From Trichinella spiralis (Eukaryota), in assembly GCF_000181795.1 (NCBI RefSeq), contig NW_003526948.1, forward strand, positions 1,005,444 to 1,069,443: 64,000 nt of DNA, written 5' to 3'. Positions 19,201 to 31,021 of the stretch are shown here, in pieces. The position numbers were made by a program, and so were the translations under genes. The number at the start of each line of letters is the position of its first letter. Position 1 is the first letter of the stretch. The notes below the pieces were generated by a model. That model was not told the DNA's origin, did not search any database, and saw only the letters and a list, made by a program, of their open reading frames with translations.

Positions 19201-20043
19201 TGCATCTGAAAAATAAAAAAAAAACAGTACAACAATAACGCAACCATTTCACTACTTGACAAATCTTACTCCGCTGTTTGGAGCTTCTTCATGTGGCACA
19301 GCAGGACTAGCTTTCGCATTAGCCTCATCATCTTGCATCGCCTAAAATATGCTTATACATTTATTAAAATATGTTACAAAATATGCTTTATCATTCAACC
19401 AACGAAACTACTTCAGCAATGAATATCAAGCGCAAGCAGTTCATTTTAAATGATTTTCAAGTAAAATAATATAAAAAATGAAATCAACAGTAAACACCGA
19501 ACATATTTATCCAAAGAATTATATTATATAAAAATAATATATTCATTCAGTATGCGAACTTTCTTACCTTATAAATAACATCTGCATAAGCAATGGTTCT
19601 TCAACATAATTGACAATTACAAGATAATCAAGAAACATTTAGTAACTTTATATTAGCCGTTACGATATAAGAATGATAATAAATTTTTACATATCTGCTA
19701 TTCAAAGCAAAATTAAGCAGTCAACAGCAAAAAATTCAGAGTTCACAGTACAGTATCTGCAAAATTGAACGTTAAAATCAATTACAGTAAACCAAAATAC
19801 ATTCATAACAGGCATCCCGTAAAACAATGAGATAATAAAGAAAACTAATTTGTGGCTTATATTTTAGCAATTCTACATCGAAAGGATACAAAATATTGCA
19901 ATTACCTTATGCAGTCTTTCGCAAAGAGCAGCTTTGTTGCCGGATGCAGATAAATTTCTTGCTCGTAATGCTTCCCTCAGGTCAACGACTCTCATCGAAT
20001 GAATACTATCCAAAGATTGGATTTCCGGTTTTTTAAACGGCAT
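13231..20043 (-). CDS. ACIN1: Acinus (apoptotic chromatin condensation inducer; ASAP/EJC-associated splicing factor)
   Basis: N-terminal SAP domain (MPFKKPEIQSLDSIHSMRVVDLREALRARNLSASGNKAALCERL, 20043-19907). Long acidic exon (~18436-17342). RRM (SPVIYVRCLTRPYAIPALHNILGSFG...FWINNIKSSCLVK, ~16130-15934). RSB motif (LFQRTKTKPSLYYLPLTGEQ, ~14588-14502). R/S/D-rich tail to the stop at 13231. Confidence 0.92.
16562..17179 (+). mobile_element. Internally deleted Tigger/pogo-family (Tc1/mariner superfamily) DNA transposon in an ACIN1 intron
   Basis: Imperfect TIRs: left CAGTAAAACTACGATTATCCG and right (reverse complement) CAGTGGAACTCCGATTGTCCG, 17/21 identical. Flanked by TA on both sides (16560-61, 17180-81). 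Subterminal GATTATCCG-like repeats are present. Confidence 0.9.
16664..16873 (+). pseudogene. Truncated Tigger/CENP-B-type transposase: N-terminal HTH (psq-like) only
   Basis: KRKVLSLEQKLEVCRLVENSESLRKITESFGVSTFSDIYR matches the CENP-B/Jerky/Tigger N-terminal HTH pattern. No second HTH or DDE domain follows. Confidence 0.85.
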
Positions 20044-21684
20044 TTTTTAAAATGATGCAAACAATATAACGGGCGGTGAAATCACTGAAGATATAAACAT
20101 GGACACAAATTAATAAGCTGTGAATGCTAAAAACAATAATCTAAGAGAAACAGTGACTGAATTCAATTTTAAAATCAACAAAAGATTACTTAAGTAAAAT
20201 TCAAAATTACATGAAACAAAAACATTTTTAATTAAATGCCAAGTATCATGACCCTCAACGCAACAATCCCATAAACTGAACAAACATTATTATTTGTACT
20301 TAAACTACATAAAATATATTACACTTATTATAAAATAAGAAGAAAAAATAAAAGCATTCGATACGTTCGTTTCTTTACCAAGCAATGTACTATTATCAAT
20401 AAGGCAATATATCTAGCGTAAATAAGCAGTGAACGGCAATTTAAAAATGCACATAATTATGAAATCATATACTTAAAGTAAAAACACAAAAATATATTTT
20501 CGTCGACGACGAAACACAAACTACCGTTAAGTAATGAATTATGGCCTACTGTAAGAAATTTGAACAACAATACATATCCTGCAAATCAATTATACAGTAT
20601 GTATAGTTTACATATAAAAGACATTACAAATACTAACATTTACTGTTCATTAATGTAATAGTAATAATTTAAAAAAAAACTTAATTAATAATTGTATATT
20701 TAAGTGTTAATTTGTTGAATAATGAGCAATATTGATCATAAAAATAATTTTTTTATTTTCCCAAATATGGTGCAGTTAATATTAAAACTTAATGCTATAT
20801 TTCATGCTTCAAATGAGTGTTTGTGAATATATTTACCATCACATATTAAATATTTCAACATTTCAATTTTGAATTACAGTACAATTTATATTTTAGGTAT
20901 TTAAAAGCGTGCTACTATTTAAGCAAGAAATCATAATTCCAATTAAAAACTTGCGCATCAAATAAATAAATAATTAAATGTGTTTACTTGTGTTTCAAAA
21001 CAATTTTAGAATAAACATAACCAACCTATTTCGACAATGTTTTTCTAAATCAGTAGAAGCTCTTTTACATTTTACATAATAGTAATAAAGCTTACACTGA
21101 ACATATTTTCACAAACATAATTTTTTATATGCAGTATATGATTTGCATTAGAAACTTTTCTGGAATGCATTTTTAAATTCATTTCATAGCCGATTAAATT
21201 TCGATATAATACAACTACTGTATTCAAAAAGTAAAGAAATGCAAGTAATCAATAATAGGAAATAATCTGCAGTTTACTTACAGTGCTTGACAACTGCATC
21301 AATAATAAACTGTTATTCACATCGTATTTATTGATAATGCTAATTTGATCTTTTTGAACGTTTTGAAGTTTATTATAAAATTTTAATTAATCATATTTCA
21401 AGATGTTATTTCAGGTTACCATAAAATATATTATTTGAGTATTTTTCTGTTTTTCTATGCTAGCAAAATAAAACAAGTCAAAGAATAAGGACTGTAATTG
21501 CTAAACATTTTGGTTGGTTGTCTTCCTTGACACAAAATGACAGTCAAGCACGCTCTTTTTCAATGTTTCTTCAAGGTACGTAAAATAAAACAACAATTTC
21601 CTCACAACATTGATTAATTAATTAATCTGCAATTCAAAATTGATTATTCAGTTGTGGAATTTTACAATAATTATAATTTACTTT

Positions 21685-23954
21685 TTAAAACAATTTCTTC
21701 GATGAAACGTCATACAAAAAATCAGCCAACTCGATTCCCACTGTACTAAAACAAAACAAAAAAGCAGTGAAACTGTTAATTAAAGCAAAATTAACAAAAT
21801 TACCTAGCAACTCGTGCTAAAGTGTTGAACGATGCTAAACAACGATACCTTACTGTGTTCATGTTAGCAATACTTGATACCCGACTTAAATAGCCATAAG
21901 TGCAGAGCTTCCTAATCTAATACCAGAAATGAAACTATGATAAAATAAACATTAAATAAATATACGGCTTACTGAGGAAAATAAATCCATCGATATGTCA
22001 GCATGCGATTCTCTTAACAAATAAAAAAAGATAGACAGCATGCGTTCTTCAGTAAATATTTTCGGCCCGCGCAGATGTGCTGCAGCGTTTTCATGTTGTC
22101 CTTCTTTTCGACGTACGCGACTTTTTTCAGCCAGCTTTATACAGAAATAAGCAACAACTGTTAATGTTCCTTGTAAGCATTCAAAAAAAGCAAAAAAAAA
22201 TACTTTGACAAAATATCTACGATCTGTTCTTTCAGGATTATAAGAGGCAATGTAGCCGGATATGAGCAAATATTTTTCATACAATGCCAATTGATCATAT
22301 TGCTTTTCACGGTCGACGTGAAAACTGAATAAAAATCTGCATTGATTGTGTTCCTTTACAACTGGCTTCAAGGCCTCCCAAGTAAATGTTGGATCATTTT
22401 TGCGGAATTTTCTACAATTGGCGTATTTTTCTGTCCTTTCCAAAAATTTTAAATAATTGCGCTCAATCTGAAGAAAAAAGCATTATTTATTTCACACTCT
22501 CCGTCCTTAATACATAACGTACTATAAATTTCATTTCAAATTCACTTGAGGAATATTTCCTGAGAATGTCCACATACAGCTGCACGTATTTTTCATATAA
22601 ATTATTGTTCCCTCTGTATGGACGAGATTCAATTATGTTGTTAATAACTTTTTCTAAATATTTGAAAATCATGCTGAATATTGATAGAAAACTAGAGTAG
22701 TTAATCATTCAATAATACCAAAAATTCAAGCAACAAGAAAATGAATGAAAAATTTACTCGTTTTTATGTGAGGTATACCAATTTCGAAAATCTCTGCGCC
22801 GCCAGATGTGCTCCTATAAGCCTGATATGGCCAAGGACACTCGCTCAAAGTAACAGAACATATGTTCAATCCAGTCTGAAAATTCAATAAGACAATTAAT
22901 AATACAAAAAGCAAAACATATTTTCACTCACCATTTCTTTGAATTTCGGTAGCAATAATAAAATAGATAGCATTTCCTTGCGAAGGTTTTGTAAATTCTG
23001 AATTATTAAATAAATCTTTTTCTTCATTCGATATTTTTTTGACAAAATTTTAGCAAATGTACGCATAACAGTTTCTTTCATAAAACAACACCGGCTATAA
23101 AGTTTGCCTAAAAACATTATGCTTTCATACAAAATCTAAAATTCCAACAAACTTATACAATTTATTTCATTGTTAAATTTACTTATCAGTTCTGCAATTA
23201 AAAAAATCCCTTGCATCCTATTCCAAATCAATTTCCAAAGTGTATCACATCTGGATATATTATTTAGCATTGTGTTTGATTATCATTTTAACGTCTTCTT
23301 CATAATGTTAACAAAAATTACTTTTCAAATGCAATGAACAATTTATATATAATACGATACTACAATATTCACAGTAATTTGCTAATTTTGCTAATGTACC
23401 TGTCTGAGCAATTGCTGCTTCAAAAAAACATCCTTCGGTCGCCACAAGCGAACAGTCGACTTCAATAAAAACAATCTAACATGCAAATATAAATATCATT
23501 AAACAGTTATCATTGTTATTATGATCATTATGTTTGTAATTATTATAGAATTTAAAGGCCTTTTTCACATGAATGCTATGGAAACAGTAGAGCTCGAATA
23601 TAAGTTCACATGTTCAAACTTTAGGAATGATCAAAAGTATAAAACATAAAGTAAAAAATAACAAAAGAACAACAGCAAAAATTGAATATTAATGAAAATA
23701 TTTTAAAAATTTACCTTTTTGCTGTGGAGTATTTCTTTCAGCAATTCTGAAGCCAAATAGATCTGCTCACCAAACAAATGCAATAATGAAATATCATTAC
23801 GCTGAAACAATTGCATTTTTTCAATAATTACAACAATTCATTGAATAATTCACAATTATGAATAACTTACCGTGGACAAAATCTTCCATAATTTCTCCAA
23901 TAGTATTTCAAGACCAGGAAATCTTTTGGAGATTCGACCCTTTCTAACGCACAT
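21685..23954 (-). CDS. ORC5: Origin recognition complex subunit 5
   Basis: Multi-exon gene. C-terminal ORC5 signature KYLLISGYIASYNPERTDRRYFVK...HLRGPKIFTEERMLSIF...RYRCLASFNTLARVA...VGIELADFLYD. The start (MCVRKGR, 23954) is less certain. Confidence 0.9.
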
Positions 23955-25319
23955 TTTACACTTTCAAAAAGAGAAATGTTTCCAGTTGCATTTCACGCTC
24001 TTCAGAGAATGTCAATAAATTTAAAACTATTTTAGTTCACTAAACTATTTAAAAATTTTGGCATTATAAAAACTGTAAAATATTACCCAAAACATAATAA
24101 AAAATAGTAAAAGACAAATTCCTTTAATTCAACAACAATTCAGCAAAATTATCATATTTACAAATCATTATGATCACCAATTAATATCCGTTTGCATTAC
24201 AAAAAAATAACAGTTACCAGAAAAAAATACAATAACACTGAATGTATTTTTTAAAATATGACAACTGCTAAGCCTGTTCAAGGTATATAACAAACAAATA
24301 CTCGACTGAGATTTCAATTATCACGTTTTCAAATAAAGTACAGTAAATTTATAATTCAGGTGCAATATGTGAATTGAAAAACTAATGGTCTTCAGCGCAT
24401 TTTAGCATATTTATTTTGTGACTAACAAGATGAATTGTAAAATTTAAAACTACATTTAGTTATAAAAAAATATAAATTTCATGGCATGCTTAAAAAATTA
24501 TAGTCTAAAAGAACGCAATAAAAGCTAAAAATCAGCTAATGCTAAACGTTGCCCAGTTTTTAATATAACTGTGCTGAATGTAGATCTGATTTATAAATTA
24601 CAGAAAATAATAAGTATAAATCAATGTGAAATAAGACATATAAGTAATTTAAATTTAAACAATTGACCAAAAAATGCAGTTTTAGATCAGTGTGTTCTAT
24701 GCATATTAAACAATGTTTATGTTTAAATTTATGATTTTCAAATTTTTAAACATGGTCTGATCTAAATTAATTAATAACATGATTCAATGGGTAAACTTAA
24801 AATTATTCAAAATAATAACTAACAATAAAATAATAATTTTCAATAATGTCAATATAACATAGTCACAATTAAATGAAGTACAGTATCCATTCAACATATG
24901 TGAAAAGTTTTCAGTTATTTACTGTACGTTGGAAAATATAAAAATTAGAATTATTATACTATATTTGAAATTATAAAACGGAAAGATAAACTATGTCATT
25001 ATTAAATATTCATGTGTATGATACCAATAATCCTGAACTGTGATGAAAAACTGCATTAACATTTTTTTACTTATTTAATTCCGTAAAGTGAAAAAATGGC
25101 TACGCTGTACATGGCGCAAAAATATTAACTTCATTCATAGGTTACACAGCCCCAAATCAATCAGTCACTTTATTTCCATTCCACTCATTTCCAATTTACT
25201 TTTCATTCATTGCTTACTTAAACGTTATCCCAAACAGCAGTATATTATTTAAAATTATTCCACAATATCATTGATTCACTTGCTCCTTCGTAGCTGCTCA
25301 GAATATAAAACGAGGCTTT

Positions 25320-27026
25320 TCACTTCAACTGATATAATCTGTAGCCACCTTCACGTGCTACAATTACTTCCGCAGGTCGGATCCCCTTTTTAAAAATGTT
25401 GGTACATGCAATTTGGGGGATACTGAACTTATCGGTGATAGGAGAAGATACATCAATAATTTGTACCAGCTCACCCGTCAATTTTGACCAAATTCTTACT
25501 ATTCCATCTGCACCGGCTAAGAAGAAAAATTTTATGCAAAGAAAGAAGCTAAGTGATAACGCTTTCAAACTTTACTCGACAAAATTACTCGTTCTTCGGG
25601 ATCCATAATTAATGGAAGCTTAAATCCTCGGTTGCAGTGCCTATCGTAAGTCATCACCGTCTTACCAGTACGAAGGTCTACTTCTTGCATCTGCAATGTA
25701 AATATACAAAATTTCCATTTTCAATAATATATATACAAACTTCAACTAAATATTATTCAGAAGTACAATACAGATCATAAATATAAATTATTAAGAATAA
25801 GTGTTGGCCATAATTTAAATGTTTCGACTAAATAAATGAAATCACATATTTTACGTCAAAACAGTAAAACTTACTTCGCCATTAAAAGAGAGCATAATTA
25901 TTGAATTATCACGCTCACATAATTTCAAGGAACACGCTCTGACAGAAACTACATCACGAAAAACTGCTTTACGAAATGCTTCCCGAATATCATGACGAAT
26001 TACCTCAAAACCACTCATTCCAACATAAACACAACTTCCATCCTAAAAAAGTTACTGAAAAATACTAAAGAGGAAATCACAAACAATTACTTTGTTTACG
26101 GCCATGGTCTCAGCAAAATTTCTGAAACGTAGCATTGTTTTGAAAATAAAGCTATTGCTTGCGAGAATTGCTATATAATTTCCACAACAAATAAAGAGAG
26201 TTTTACAATAATTGTTATATTCCATAGCTGTCACCGATGCACAGTCATTAATACCAGCCTTCCTTGTTAAAGGTAATAATTGGGACGTGCTTTCTCTTGA
26301 AAACGCTGCTTCAAATAGGGAACAATCTATTATTAAAAATAAAAGAATATAATACTTTTTCTATAGTATATTCCAAAATGGCAAAAACAAAATGAAAATA
26401 TACATACTGTTTGAACTGTCAGTCCGACCAGCTACAAAAAATTTTATTCCGTCCAAAGCAGTTTCACAAAGGCAAGCATTTTCATAAAAAATGGTCTCGT
26501 CATTAAAATGCAATTCTGAACTGACAAGAACATCTAGAAAATGCTGCGAGTAAGCATACGGGTATCCCAAATGGGAAAACAATTTGCCGTTTAAATTCCA
26601 GATAGAAAGCAAAGCATCATTTTCACAGTATGCATCCATGAATAAGCATTTGATCGACGCATTCAACGGAAAATGTGTCTTCTTTCGGAGTTCGTAATTT
26701 CCTGCATCAAATGCATCTCGTATTGCGCATTCCATAAATTGATGAGCTTCCCATTTACTATACGTAGCATGTTGATGAATTGACGCTAATGAATTACATT
26801 TGTATCTGTAACGATTTCGAAGCTTAGAAGCATTAAACTGCAATACTTCATAATTGCGAAAGGCCAAAAATTCTCTCTTCTCTCTAGCACGAAGCAAATC
26901 ACTTTTCGTTGGGACACCAGGAATACGATTTGTCTCTGAACTTAATTTATAAATAATTCCTGATCGCGTGTCATAATAATAACCTTCTATATCACTGCAT
27001 AGTTCAAAAAACTCGAATTCGTCCAT
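25320..27026 (-). CDS. DCAF4: DDB1- and CUL4-associated factor 4-like (DCAF4/WDR21) WD40 protein
   Basis: The N-terminal IEGYYYDTRSGIIYKL resembles the DCAF4 'PGFYFD..K.RYF' motif. The spliced C-terminus QEVDLRTGKTVMTYDRHCNRGFKLPLIMDPEERVILSTGADGIVRIWSKLTGELVQII parallels the DCAF4 'WDLR...YEGHVN...LPL...GQDCYTRIWS' region and contains a DxR motif. Confidence 0.75.
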
Positions 27027-28637
27027 CTGAAAATAATAATAAGCTTTTAAGCAAAATGAACAAAAAATTCATCACATTATTAAACAAGTTTATTTGAAAA
27101 TGTCGCTTCTGTTCGAAGTCACAAAAACTGTCACAGTTATGAATTAAACTTCCACAAACTGTCATATATTAATCATACCTAATCAAAACTTGAAAATGAG
27201 ATGTGCTATCTTTAGTGTAGAACTTCAAATTAATGTATCCAGTAGCTCAAAAACAAATTTCCTCTATAAGTTGAGCACTGCCTACTGCTTCATAATCAAA
27301 TATTTAGCAACTACAGTGGATTATCAAGCAACCATTGAGTTCTATTCAAAAATAACAAATAAACACTAGCATTGAGAAAATACAATACGAAAATATGAAG
27401 CACACTAAACAACATTAATAGTAAAAACTATTAACTCGCTACCACTAAGTTAAAATCTACAAGCAAACAAAAGAAAGCGTTATTAGTAAATAAATGTATT
27501 GAGAAAATCAAGTTCAATTTCTTGAGTAAATTTTAAAAATTTTACTGAATGCCATTTCATGGCATTATAATTTATTTAAATAAGCATATATAACAATATC
27601 AAAACATGCGCAACAAAATTTTAAAATAAAGACAGCTTGTTTTTATTTTTTTGCTTTCAATAATTTGGTATGTTATTTAATAATACAGAGAACAAAAAAT
27701 TTATTATTACATGTTAAACATTAAGTTATAATTACTAAAGTTTCATAACATATGAAAATAATTTAATAAATGCAATATATTTCATTTTTCATCTAAGCTT
27801 ATTATATCATTAACTCATAGCAAAAGTAGCAAAAGCATTATGAAAGCATTTACAGTATGCCCATATGAAATGAATTTTAAATAAATAAATTATATTAAAA
27901 AATATTTTTATGTTATTTATTAATAAAAAATAATATTGTTTAAAATTTTATTACTTTTATTAATATTCATTTTAAATAAAATATATTGTAACATGAAAAG
28001 CATTAATTAAAGTGGGTCACTCTGTAAAATTTTTATAAGTGTTGTTGTTTAAACGCCTGTTATTCATTATTTTTGCTACATGGCTTTTATTTCAAACAGG
28101 TTTTTGTTATTACCTGCTACTGCATTGCCAACTTACTATATGATTAACTGCATTTTTGTTATAAATTTAAGATTTGTTGTCAAATGAAAAGTTTCTATTT
28201 GCATATCTATTAAAGTGTTGTTTTCTTGTTAAAATGTTTTAATTTTTGATTCATTAAATGTGCATGTTTTAAGGTTGGGTTAGGTGACAAACAATTAGCT
28301 TTTCAATGCTTAAATTTACATCTATGTATATCAATACACACATTTTAATAGTTTTGAATTGTGATCTGATTTTTTTGACAGTTTTTTACATTACGTTTAA
28401 TACTTGATAGTTGTGTGTATGTTTCAGTTATAATTTGAGATTTATAGCATAAACATCAAGTTTATTACCTTGCATATTTTAGAATAATACGCTTATGCTT
28501 AATGTTAGTTGAGTTGTATAGTAATTGTGTTACAAGGAATTTAATTTCATATAATCCTGTTGTTTTGTCTGTTATGGTTAGGAGTTATTTTTACTTTTGT
28601 TTCAAATGTGTTTGTTTTAATAGTGAAGCTGAAAGAG

Positions 28638-30587
28638 ATGGCGGATTCTCATTCTGCTACATCTGAATATGCTCATAAGCTATGGACTATTTTGAACCAT
28701 CTTGCATCTGCAAAATTACCAGCGACATTGCAAAATATTTCTTTGAATATGGACAAAACATTTCGTTGGACAGCAGACGAAACTAAAGCACGTTTAGATG
28801 ATTCCGTGAGCAGCAAACTACTGAACTGTGTTTTTGATAAGGATATTGAACAGCATATTTATCAAGTTCCTATTGCCACTGATGAGGTAGGAAATTTTTT
28901 ATCTGTAAGAAGATTTATAGATTGATTATGGCTAATAATTCATTCTGAAAATTTTAATTTCAGACTGTTCGAGAGCATGATTGGTATTGTTTTGAATGTC
29001 ATGCTGCAGGCCAATTGTATCCATGTACTAAGTGTTTTCGAGTATATCATTCGTCATGCATAAGTGCTGAACTTCGAGCTAATCCTGCAGTGCTTCTCTG
29101 CAATGCTTGTCAAGTACAAACCAAATTAAATTTTAAATGAACCGTTGTTAAATGTAGATAAATTTATAGGAAATAGAAAAAGAACCTCCCTGTAACTTGG
29201 AAACTTTGTCACCATGTCTTTCCAAAATATTGCAAAGTGCTGAAAAAATGGTAAACAGTTTTATAATGTACTTTCAAAATTTATTATGTTTATAATTTAG
29301 GCCAATGGTCAGTTTGGTACTTTGCCGCATCCTCAGAGTGGAGTCTCTGATGAACAGTATCGCATGCTGATTGCTAACCACATTGATCTAGACTTAATTG
29401 ATAGAAAAATACGGAATATGCAATATTTGAATCCCACCGACTTTTTCAACGATTTTCAGCTTCTGCGTCATAATGTTTTCATCGTATTTGGAAGTATGTC
29501 GAAGCGTGTTACGTGGTTTTTGTCATTTTTTAAAGAAGAATATTTTTTTATTGAGAATTCTATAAGAAGATTATTGATTATATACTGTTACGTAATGCAA
29601 TTTTAATGTCATTTTTTGCAGGAGATAGTGCTATGGCGAAACTTGCAACTGATTTATTAAAGGAAGTGGATACACAGGTATTTGTCTAGGGAAAATAATG
29701 ATTTTAAATTTGTAATATCTTTTGCGGTTTACACTGTATTTCTTTCAGGTGAAGACTTTGCAAAGTATAATGCCACGCCGCTTTGCTGCTAGGGTATTTA
29801 AGTTTTTTTTCAATTTTGATTTGCATGCAAGGTTGAATTTTGATATCGGTTAATTTATTACTTTTGAATTTTTTGTTTAGTTTTCTGAAAAAGAAAAACA
29901 ACGGAAAGGTCAGTTTAAGATGTTCAGGAAACCCGTGCATTCAGGTTCAGATAATTATTTGCCAAGTGAAAAGAATGTAGTAAGTGTTTTTGAAAATTTA
30001 TGTTTAAAAGGTTATTCTAATGACATTTAAGGAAACCAACGGATGTTCTTGTGATGAGAATTATCGTGTAGCCGTGACAGATTTAAATAACTATTATCGA
30101 GATCTGTTTTATGTAGAATTAGAAAAGATGGCAGTCGAGGAGATGTATGAGGTACAGCTAGGTATCTTATTATGTTACATGATGAAATGATGTACTTGTA
30201 TTATATTTAGATGGAAAAACAGTTTGAAAGTCTACGACAACAGAAACATCAGAGTGCAGTGCAAGACTACAAGAAACAGTTGCACTCGATTAAGACTCTG
30301 ATGGATAATGAATACAATGAACGTTTGAGAACAGAAATCCAAATTTTACTAGAACATAACAAGGCAGAAATATCGAGCGCTAAAAAACAACAATGGGTAA
30401 TAAATTTTTTCGTTTTTTGATATGTAAATGAGAACCGTATATATCTTGTGGGTTTAAGTGCGTGAAATGCCAGAAAGAAGCAATTTATCATTGCTGTTGG
30501 AGTACTCAGTATTGTTCTCCTGAGTGTCAACACAGCCACTGGCAAGAGCACCGAAGCAAATGTCGTCGAAAGAAACAAGAAACATAA
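28638..30587 (+). CDS. ZMYND11: ZMYND11/BS69-like chromatin reader (winged helix - PHD - bromodomain - coiled coil - MYND)
   Basis: [31 protein letters not shown]...CNAC. Bromodomain [93 protein letters not shown]. Stop at 30585-30587. Confidence 0.9.
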
Positions 30588-31021
30588 ATGAAAATTTGTT
30601 TAACAATGATCAGTAGTGTTATCCAGTGAATAACAGGATCAGTGCATGCAATTTATTTATTCGAATATTAATATTTCAAAAAGTTATTTGTGTCACCATT
30701 TTCACAGTTAAGCACAATTCTCATTTTACTACACCATATTTTAAGCTGCACACAATATTTAAGCTTCCAGAATGTGCTTGCAATGAAAATTTTTATTGAG
30801 AATTGAATCAAAAGTATCAATAAATAAGTAAACAGGATAACTTATTGTTTATTTTTTATCAATAGAACAAAAATGAAAATTTGGTCAGAATATAATTTCA
30901 ATGACAGTGAAACATTAACGTCTGAACTTTATGCTTTAGTTGTTGAGCTTTTTAATTTTCGGAACTATATACTATGAGACAACTGATAAAGTGGGCTTTC
31001 AAATTGAAAATTAAAACAGTT

